Source: Dehalococcoidia bacterium (lineage in GTDB: Bacteria > Chloroflexota > Dehalococcoidia > Lucifugimonadales > UBA2985). Taken from it: 64,000 nucleotides of DNA. Under the pieces are notes generated by a model, which saw only the letters and a list, made by a program, of their open reading frames with translations, was not told the DNA's origin and made no database searches. A program made the translations under genes and the position numbers. The stretch lies in contig OZ242025.1 of NCBI GenBank assembly GCA_965204895.1, forward strand, positions 428,902 to 492,901. The letters run 5' to 3'. How positions within the stretch are numbered: position 1 is the stretch's first letter; every line of letters starts with the position of its first letter. This document shows, one piece after another, positions 9,202 to 15,965 of this stretch.

Positions 9202-9444
9202 CTAGGCAGTTACCCTGATATTGATATCAATGCCATCCACGACGGGAACGTCTAAGTTGCGGGAGATGGAGAAGAGCAACCACACCTCAAGAACCTCCTC
9301 CAGTTCAGTGCGGCACTCCTCAAGCGTGTCGTTGTTGGCCCACACTCCCTGGAAGCCTGGTATCCTGCCGAAAAAAGAGCCGTCTTCCTCATAGATCTTG
9401 TACTCCGCCTTGGCCATTGCCGCGGATATGTACTCTCGTATCAT
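9202..9444 (-). CDS. hicB: HicB-family antitoxin (a-type), copy 2
   Basis: ORF 9202..9531 trimmed to the ATG at 9444 (MIREYISAAMAKAEYKIYEEDGSFFGRIPGF...). 61/80 identical to copy 1. TACAAT and GGAGG upstream. Confidence 0.8.
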   Translation of the reverse strand: MIREYISAAMAKAEYKIYEEDGSFFGRIPGFQGVWANNDTLEECRTELEEVLEVWLLFSISRNLDVPVVDGIDINIRVTA

Positions 9445-9487
9445 TGCCCACCTCCGGCGCTTATTGTACCACGCTGGCGGCGGCGCG

Positions 9488-9736
9488 CTAATCGTCCACC
9501 GCTTCCCCGAACTTGAGATCCATGCCGTCAAGGACAGGCACGTCTATGCCGCGGTATACTCGGAGGAGAGCCCAATGCTCCAGAACCTCCTCCAGCGTAT
9601 TGCGGCACTCCGCAAGAGTCTTGGCGCTGGCCTGTACGCCCTCAAAACCGGGAATCTCGCCATAGAAGGAGCCGTCCTCCGGGAGGGTCTTGTACTGCGC
9701 CCTAGCCATTGCCGCGTCAAGGTATTCTCGGATCAT
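9488..9736 (-). CDS. HicB-like protein (b-type paralogue), copy 2
   Basis: 82 aa, about 90% identical to 8527..8784. TACAAT -10 upstream at about 9757-9762. Confidence 0.75.
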   Translation of the reverse strand: MIREYLDAAMARAQYKTLPEDGSFYGEIPGFEGVQASAKTLAECRNTLEEVLEHWALLRVYRGIDVPVLDGMDLKFGEAVDD

Positions 9737-9774
9737 GGTGTGCCTCCGGGGATAATTGTACCGCGTGAGAGCGG

Positions 9775-10062
9775 CTACCAGTTGAAATGCAACTCTATTT
9801 CATCCCCGTCCCAAGGCAGAGACTCCACCCAAGCCCAAATCTCCAACGTCTGTTCGTCGGTCAAGTTCTGGTTGTCTGCAAACTCGTATAGCAAATGACC
9901 TATGTGGGGCTTGGTGAAGTGTCCTAGGCTGTTCCCTTCCCCGCTCATAGTTCCGTAGACGCTGGCCTCGTGGGCCAACTCCTTAGCGAATTCATATTTG
10001 ATGCCGCGTGGGAGTTCCACGGGCTGAATGCTCATAATCCCGATGCGCAGGCTCATTGCCAC
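9775..10062 (-). CDS. hypothetical small protein (no family recognised)
   Basis: 95-aa ORF 90 nt downstream of the AIPR gene. A conserved C-terminal fragment recurs in the scar at 8828-8902. The start may be the internal ATG (MSIQPVEL...). Confidence 0.5.
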   Translation of the reverse strand: MAMSLRIGIMSIQPVELPRGIKYEFAKELAHEASVYGTMSGEGNSLGHFTKPHIGHLLYEFADNQNLTDEQTLEIWAWVESLPWDGDEIELHFNW

Positions 10063-10152
10063 CCTCCCGCAAATGATGGAACTGGACCTTATCGGACCCG
10101 GGGCGGGATGTCAAGGGGAAGTCATCAACAAGACAGACAGCTAGGATAAAAC

Positions 10153-11967
10153 TTATTGCGGCAAGAGTGCACTCGGGTCTCTTCCAGCGTCGGCCTCTAC
10201 CACGAGTTCATTTGCAAATGCTTCATAAAGAAGCTCTTTGGGATTGACCCCGGGAATCAACTCCGACGAAGCCCTAAAGAAGTCCCTCCGATCCATAGTT
10301 TCTTCTCCACCGGAGATATTCTGGGCTCGCCGAAAAGCTAACATGCATGCCGTATTAGCAATCCTTGCTAAAGAAGGGAGCCAATCATCAATAGAGTCTA
10401 TCAGTTTTCGGGTCAGAGTTACACTAAAATACTGCGTCCTCGTTAGTTTGTTACTCCTTCTGAGAAAGTCGGCTATCAGCCAGATTGTATGGAATGTTGA
10501 GAATTTCTCCCTTTTCGCAGAGTTTTTTTGCAAGTAGTCTAGAATACGCCACGGAAGCAACAACTGGCGTGCCATGACACCCGAAGGAAAGGCCGTTTCA
10601 TAGGTCTCTCGTTCATCTTTATTTCTGATACCCTCAAAAACAAAGCGGACGCGGTCTAATGCCAAATCAGGTTTGCCAAGGAATGCAAGCGAAGCCTGAG
10701 CCAAAGGTTGCACCTCTATATGACGCTTCCGCTTGCCCACCAAGAACTTGGTCTTCTCGGTGTCGTCTAGAACCATCTTCCAGTATCCTTGCTTCACCTC
10801 ATAGTACCAAGGAGGGGTTATTTCTTCCCTAAATTCGTATTGCAAGATCGTCTGCTGTTTTTCAAAAGCTGCATAGTCTCGCGCTCTTAGCGCAGTTTGG
10901 GAATTTGAGGCAATAGCAATTTTTTCTGCAAGTACCCTGTCAGCCACGGTAAGCTTAATGTCAACCAGCGTTTCTTCAAGCTCTTCGAGAGGTCTATCCT
11001 TTTCCGCTAGAGTCACAGTGGTCTGACAGCCATTCACAATCTGGAGATTCTTGACCGTGAGCCGTTTGCCATCCAAGATGAAGTCGTCACACGTAGCACA
11101 AAGACCGTTGTTGAGAAGATGAAACCGCTTGCGTCCTTCTTCTGTTTTCAATTCCGATGCGATGTTCCTGTTAACCTTTGCATTGGCAAGCGGGCCTCTC
11201 GGATTTAGTGAGAAGAGACGGTAGCCCAAGCCCGGCGTATTGAAGATGCGTACTATTTCGCTGGCCCTTACCGTTACTCTAAGTGACCTTTGTTCATCCC
11301 CTTCAACGGGATGCTGCATACGCTCGTCTATTGTCAATTCGGCTGTAGTATCACCTCCAGTGCGATAACCGGCGCGGTAGTCCTCAAACCGCTGTGCCAA
11401 ATCCTTTTCATTTAGCAACTCGAGAGTAAAGCTACAATCAATCGTCTCACCGTTTCTCAAGACCAATGTGCGCTCTAACTGACGCCTAGATTGAGCAAAG
11501 CGAACAGCTGCTTGTTCAAAACCACCCCTTGCTGCAAACACCAACCGTAGTGTGTAGCCATCTCCTTCCACGAGATTAAGTCTCTCGTTCAATTGCAACG
11601 ATAGTTCCTTCACCGATTCATTGTTGCTAGCATCCACTCGTGAGGGGTTCAGTACCTCTTCAGGAGCCATCCAAAATTTTGAGACCTTGCCTTCTGTAGC
11701 ACGGCTCTTGCCGCCTTGGCTTTGGAACAGAAGTATGTTTTCGTCTTGATCATCTATAAAGTAGCCGTCAATCTCGAGATCGCCACTCTTGTCTATACCC
11801 GTGATCTCAATTATCCGTCGGTCTGCCACATTCGGGTCCGGAAGAGTGAGTTGGAGTGCCGCATGTCGAAAGGCCTGGGTTTCGTCTTCCTCATAATACG
11901 TAGCGGCCAATTCGCTAACATGGCTACGGAAGCTCTCTAGAATGCGTCTTTCTTCACTCGAAGCCAT
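10153..11967 (-). CDS. AIPR-family protein (abortive infection phage resistance family)
   Basis: 604 aa. Recognised family motifs LLNNGLCATCDDF and LQIVNGCQTTVTL, and typical length. GC is about 42-45% in spot counts. Confidence 0.75.
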   Translation of the reverse strand: MASSEERRILESFRSHVSELAATYYEEDETQAFRHAALQLTLPDPNVADRRIIEITGIDKSGDLEIDGYFIDDQDENILLFQSQGGKSRATEGKVSKFWMAPEEVLNPSRVDASNNESVKELSLQLNERLNLVEGDGYTLRLVFAARGGFEQAAVRFAQSRRQLERTLVLRNGETIDCSFTLELLNEKDLAQRFEDYRAGYRTGGDTTAELTIDERMQHPVEGDEQRSLRVTVRASEIVRIFNTPGLGYRLFSLNPRGPLANAKVNRNIASELKTEEGRKRFHLLNNGLCATCDDFILDGKRLTVKNLQIVNGCQTTVTLAEKDRPLEELEETLVDIKLTVADRVLAEKIAIASNSQTALRARDYAAFEKQQTILQYEFREEITPPWYYEVKQGYWKMVLDDTEKTKFLVGKRKRHIEVQPLAQASLAFLGKPDLALDRVRFVFEGIRNKDERETYETAFPSGVMARQLLLPWRILDYLQKNSAKREKFSTFHTIWLIADFLRRSNKLTRTQYFSVTLTRKLIDSIDDWLPSLARIANTACMLAFRRAQNISGGEETMDRRDFFRASSELIPGVNPKELLYEAFANELVVEADAGRDPSALLPQ

Positions 11968-11997
11968 AACTATTCTCCTACTGAGAGTTACTTAGTA

Positions 11998-12246
11998 TTA
12001 TACCCTAACTTGCAGATACAGGCCCTCTTCCCTACTCTCCTCACGGGGAATCTCATCTCCCTCCAGCGCCAGGCACTCCAAATGGAACGACAGCATGTCC
12101 TGGATGTTCTTGAGCGCTTCCTGGCCGTCCTTACCCTGGTCTGCCAGGTTAAGAGTCGGAACCTCGGCTATAGACTGTCCCGTCTCAGCATCGTATGAGA
12201 GGACTACCCTGTAGCGGTATAGGTCTTGATTCTGCATTTCTTTCAC
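11998..12246 (-). CDS. HicB_lk/UPF0150-type antitoxin-like protein, no adjacent HicA
   Basis: 82 aa. YRYRVVLSYDAETGQSIAEVPTLNLADQGKDGQEALKNIQDMLSFHLECLALEGDEIP matches the HicB N-terminal domain pattern. GTG start; an ATG alternative lies at 12237. Confidence 0.65.
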   Translation of the reverse strand: MKEMQNQDLYRYRVVLSYDAETGQSIAEVPTLNLADQGKDGQEALKNIQDMLSFHLECLALEGDEIPREESREEGLYLQVRV

Positions 12247-12459
12247 CTGCGCCTATTGTACCACCACCGGTTGATAGCGTGGCAGGTGGCCCTGCACCCC
12301 AAGCTGCCATTTGTAGGCAACCTGCTATCCCTGAAACTCACAAAGCGCCTCCGTAGAGGGCACAGCCCTTCCGGGTGAAGCCCACGGCTTCCCGCTGACA
12401 TCCGCCACTATCCTCCTCCAACCCTGTTCCCATATCCTGATCCTGCACCTGATAGGAGG

Positions 12460-12498
12460 AACCGCTCATCCTGAGCGTGTCAAAGGAGTTGAGCGGCA
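12460..12498. repeat. REP-like hairpin
   Basis: ccgctca (12462-12468) pairs with tgagcgg (12490-12496). It shares the ccgctcat prefix with the elements at 23395 and 42291. Confidence 0.45.
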
Positions 12499-12527
12499 TT
12501 ATCCCCCACTTGTAGGGAGGTAGCGCA

Positions 12528-13073
12528 GTGCCCAGAGGAGGAAAAAGACCCGGCGCCGGAGCGCCCCCGGGAAACCTCAACGCCGTCAAACACGGCAACT
12601 ACTCCAGGAGACTCCGGCTATTCCTCCGGCTGGCAGAAGACACCCCCATCATAAAAGAGCACTTCATACGGCTCCTCAACCTGCTCCTGGGCAGACGCCG
12701 ACACGCCCGTCGCATCTCCAGGACCGACTACCTACGACTACTCAAATCCCTCAAGAACGTGCCAAACCCAGAAATGAATCGCGCCATCGACTCCCTGCTG
12801 CGGGGACTCCAGGCAAGAGCCGAAGAAACTTCAAAAAAAGTCATCCCGCCAGCCATGAATCAATCAAAGAAGAGGTCAAGAAAACAAAAAAACCAACCGA
12901 AAGTGGACGTTCCAATCGTAAACAATCAAAAACTAAAGCTTCAGACCTTTGATTGTTCCATCCCCTGCAGAGAAGGCACAGCCCTTATGGATGAAACCCT
13001 CGGTCTCCCCGCTCATGGTGAACCCCTCAAACCATTCCACGGGGCGAGAGAATCCCGAACGGAGCCTACGTGA
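12528..13073 (+). CDS. hypothetical basic protein; the 3' part is probably REP-derived
   Basis: GTG start with GGGAGG 7 nt upstream. N-terminus MPRGGKRPGAGAPPGNLNAVKHG followed by Arg/Lys-rich helices. The tail from about 12990 looks like repeat sequence, so the true stop is uncertain. Confidence 0.4.
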   Translation: MPRGGKRPGAGAPPGNLNAVKHGNYSRRLRLFLRLAEDTPIIKEHFIRLLNLLLGRRRHARRISRTDYLRLLKSLKNVPNPEMNRAIDSLLRGLQARAEETSKKVIPPAMNQSKKRSRKQKNQPKVDVPIVNNQKLKLQTFDCSIPCREGTALMDETLGLPAHGEPLKPFHGARESRTEPT

Positions 13074-13134
13074 CCCCTACGCCCCCAGCCTCTCCCTCAG
13101 CGTGTCCAGCAACTCCGAGATGGGGAGCGGGCGT

Positions 13135-13356
13135 TCAGGAAGGCTGCTTGACGCCGTATTCCTCAAAGGTCATCTCCCGGATGGCGTCCAGATCATCGAA
13201 GTGTACGCTGGCATACAGGATCTCTATACCTACCAGGCGGCCTTCTACATCATAGTCCAGCGCCACGCCCGTCGATTCGTCGAACTCTGTTCTGAAGGTG
13301 CCCTTACGCAGTCGTATGTATATGGCATCTGCTTTAGGGTCATAAGTTACGTGCAT
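13135..13356 (-). CDS. DUF2283 domain protein
   Basis: 73 aa. MHVTYDPKADAIYIRL...GRLVGIEIL is the DUF2283 signature. Confidence 0.8.
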   Translation of the reverse strand: MHVTYDPKADAIYIRLRKGTFRTEFDESTGVALDYDVEGRLVGIEILYASVHFDDLDAIREMTFEEYGVKQPS

Positions 13357-13367
13357 AACGCCCTCCT

Positions 13368-13622
13368 TTAGAAATAGTACCCGATAACCGTAATAACTAC
13401 AATTTCGGACGCCTCTTCGACGAAGATGGGTTGAACTCGCTTAGTGGCATAATAGCGCTCTTTCCAATAGTCATTAAAGTCAAAATTCTTAGCACATTCC
13501 ATTCTACCGTACTTTGCGGGCCCCCACGCAGAGGTCTGTATGGCGTCCTCGACCTCTTCTGCAGTCACTCCCCTCTCTATCAACTGGCCCCCGGCGTGGA
13601 TTGTGAACGTGATCGGCTTCAC
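13368..13622 (-). CDS. DUF4258 domain protein
   Basis: 84 aa. ITFTIHAGGQLIERGVTAEEVEDAI resembles the DUF4258 N-terminal pattern. GTG start with GGGGAGAGG upstream, 8 nt after the glyQS stop. Confidence 0.7.
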   Translation of the reverse strand: MKPITFTIHAGGQLIERGVTAEEVEDAIQTSAWGPAKYGRMECAKNFDFNDYWKERYYATKRVQPIFVEEASEIVVITVIGYYF

Positions 13623-13630
13623 CCTCTCCC

Positions 13631-14923
13631 CTACCCCGCCAGCCGCGCGCTCAGCGTGTCCAGCAGCTCTGGGATGGGGACGCGGGTCTGCTCCATGGTG
13701 TCACGGTCGCGGATGGTGACGGCGTCGTCCTCCTCAATGGTCTTGAAGTCCACCGTCACGGCCAGGGGCGTGCCGATCTCGTCCTGGCGGCGGTAGCGGC
13801 GGCCTATGGACTGGGCGTCGTCGTACTGGGCCGCAAAGCGATTTCGCACCATGTCGTACACCTCCCGGGCCCTGGGCACCAGCCTCTCGTTGCGGCTCAG
13901 GGGCAGCACGGCCACCTTCACCGGGGCAATGGCCGGATGCAGGTGGAGCACCACGCGGGTGTCCCCCTCAACCGTCTCCTCGTCATAAGCGTCAAAGAGG
14001 AATACCAGCAGGGCGCGGTCAACGCCCAGGGCCGGCTCCACAACGTAGGGCACAACATGCTCCTTGGTCTCGTCGTCGTAGTAGTCCAGCCGCTCGCCGC
14101 TGTGCGTGGAGTGGGCCTTCAGGTCAAAGTCCGTGCGGTTGGCAATGCCCATCAGCTCGCCCCAGCCCCACGCAAAGCTGTACTCGATGTCGTAGGTGGC
14201 CTTGGAGTAGTGGGAGAGCTCCTCGTCGGTGTGCTGTCGCAGTCGAAGCCGGTCTGGTCGAATGCCCAGGTCCGTGAACCAGGACATGAAGTCGTCCATC
14301 CAGCGCTGGTGCCACTCCTGGTCTGTGCCGGGCTTGACGAAGTACTCAATCTCCATCTGCTCGAACTCCCGGGTGCGAAAGGTGAAGTTGCCCGTTGTGA
14401 TCTCGTTGCGGAAGGACTTGCCAATCTGCCCGATGCCGAAGGGCAGCCGCTTGCGAGTGGCGGTCAGCACGTTCTGGAAGTTGACGAAGATGCCCTGGGC
14501 CGTCTCCGGGCGCAGGTAGGCCTGGGAAGCCGAGTCCTCCACCGGCCCGATGAACGTCTTGAACATGAGGTTGAAGTTGCGCGGCTCCGTGAGGCTGCCG
14601 TCGCAGTCGGGGCAGGCGTCCGCCGACTCCAGGTGGTCGGCGCGGTAGCGCTGGTTGCACTTACGGCACTCCACCAGAGGGTCGGTGAAGGTGTCCGCGT
14701 GGCCGGAGGCCACCCACACCTGGGGGTGCATGAGGATGGCGGCGTCCAGGCCCACCATGTCGTCCCTGTCCTGGATGAAGCGCTTCCACCAGGAGTCGCG
14801 GATGTTTCGCTTCAGCTCAATACCCAGGGGGCCGTAGTCGTACGTGGAAGCCAGGCCTCCGTAGATCTCGCTGGACTGGAAGATGAAGCCCCTGCGCTTG
14901 CACAGCGACACGATTTTGTCCAT
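13631..14923 (-). CDS. glyQS: glycine--tRNA ligase (dimeric class II type)
   Basis: MDKIVSLCKRRGFIFQSSEIYGGLASTYDYGPLG...; class II motifs FRNE and GIGQ...R. Trimmed from the TTG at 14992 to the ATG at 14923. Confidence 0.9.
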   Translation of the reverse strand: MDKIVSLCKRRGFIFQSSEIYGGLASTYDYGPLGIELKRNIRDSWWKRFIQDRDDMVGLDAAILMHPQVWVASGHADTFTDPLVECRKCNQRYRADHLESADACPDCDGSLTEPRNFNLMFKTFIGPVEDSASQAYLRPETAQGIFVNFQNVLTATRKRLPFGIGQIGKSFRNEITTGNFTFRTREFEQMEIEYFVKPGTDQEWHQRWMDDFMSWFTDLGIRPDRLRLRQHTDEELSHYSKATYDIEYSFAWGWGELMGIANRTDFDLKAHSTHSGERLDYYDDETKEHVVPYVVEPALGVDRALLVFLFDAYDEETVEGDTRVVLHLHPAIAPVKVAVLPLSRNERLVPRAREVYDMVRNRFAAQYDDAQSIGRRYRRQDEIGTPLAVTVDFKTIEEDDAVTIRDRDTMEQTRVPIPELLDTLSARLAG

Positions 14924-15084
14924 TTCAACCCGGTCCAGACTGCGATTCACGGCGCGCCTCCAGAGGTGAATTTGTGGGAATGAAGTTACCAAGTTCGCCG
15001 TGAGTTGTAAAGGGAGAGGCTGCGCCCGGATTCTAAGGCGGACACAATATGGAATGGATTAGGCCAGTTTCCCCAGAACGACTC

Positions 15085-15423
15085 CTACCCGTAGCGGTTC
15101 GGGCCCGCGGTGCCGGGAAGTACGCACATAATCAGGAGAATCAGTCCGCCAAAGGGAACAATACCAATCAGTATCCACCAGCCGGAACGGTCGGTGTCGT
15201 GCAGTCGCCTTGCTGTTACGGCCAGCGCGGGCAAGATGAAGGCCAGTCCCAGAAGCCCGCCTACCAGGGAGAGAATCGGATGTACCTGCGCTCCGGCGAT
15301 CGACAGGCCAGCCACCGCAACATTGACGAATAGGAAGAACCACCAGTATTCAGACCGGAGCGCCCGGCCATTGAAGTTGACGTAGTTTCCCAGCGCTGAT
15401 TGTACTGCCTGAACTGGATTCAT
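15085..15423 (-). CDS. DUF805 family inner-membrane protein
   Basis: 112 aa. GRALRSEYWWF, ARRLHDTDRSGWW and GPNRYG motifs. Confidence 0.85.
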   Translation of the reverse strand: MNPVQAVQSALGNYVNFNGRALRSEYWWFFLFVNVAVAGLSIAGAQVHPILSLVGGLLGLAFILPALAVTARRLHDTDRSGWWILIGIVPFGGLILLIMCVLPGTAGPNRYG

Positions 15424-15601
15424 CTAATACACCTCCGATCCTGGCGCCATGATTTTGCGGGAACGACTGGAACCCTGCGGCCCGTCGCCCCTGCTTCGCT
15501 GGTTGCGATGGTATCACTGCGCTAGGATGGAATCAATATCGGCCGCACGCGCAGAGCCACACCAACCCGGATGCCCGCTTGCACAGAGGCAGCCATACGT
15601 G

Positions 15602-15630
15602 TTGACACGCGCCCGGGATTGTGATAGCGT
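15602..15630 (+). promoter_or_regulatory. candidate promoter of the ilv-leu leader
   Basis: TTGACA (15602-15607), 17-nt spacer ending in TGa, then TAGCGT (15625-15630). Confidence 0.45.
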
Positions 15631-15667
15631 GAACACATCTCTGAAGCTATGCGCTTTGGAGAGACCA

Positions 15668-15936
15668 AAGGCTAGGACGGAGAGGAGTAAGGGGCAGCCG
15701 TCCATCCAGCGAGTCTGGTACGGTGGAAGCAGACGTGAAACGGCCCCCTGAAGGTAGCTCCCGAGCCGCCAGAAGAACGTCCCGCTACGTCGGGGCAAGT
15801 AGAACTGACCGGGGTCGTCTCCCGTTATCAAGGACGAGGGCGTGTTGGCGCCCTACCGAGAGCCCCGGCCTGCCGGGGAAAAAGGGTGGTACCGCGGGAA
15901 TTGTTCCCGTCCCTTTGGGGCGGGATTTATTTTTTG
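15668..15936 (+). promoter_or_regulatory. T-box leader (tRNA-sensing transcription attenuator)
   Basis: Stem I has GGAG-AGG-AGUA (15679-15689), an AGCGA bulge (15708-15712), the distal stem GUCUG..CAGAC, and the S-turn partner GAA (15750-15752). T-box sequence GGGUGGUACCGCG at 15884-15896. Terminator at 15906-15936. Confidence 0.8.
15906..15936 (+). terminator. intrinsic terminator of the T-box leader
   Basis: cccgtccc (15906-15913) pairs with ggggcggg (15917-24), followed by atttatttttt. Confidence 0.75.
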
Positions 15937-15965
15937 ATTCAACATCACCGGACGGAGGTGAACGG

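Larger units (their letters stand above)
7918..9853. repeat. two diverged tandem units (about 985 and 951 bp) of a hicB-hicB-hicA cassette
   Basis: Hand alignment shows 7918-8902 collinear with 8903-9853. The junction is at about 8903. Confidence 0.8.

Noticed and set aside
12338-12598. An 86-aa minus-strand ORF in the island's central gap.
   Set aside because: It is Pro/Gly-rich, overlaps the start of the plus-strand gene and a REP-like hairpin, and has no SD.
15723-15965. The track's ilvB start at 15723.
   Set aside because: It would translate through the T-box sequence and its terminator. The ATG at 15966 has a GGAGGTG SD and the canonical MKLTGGQ N-terminus.
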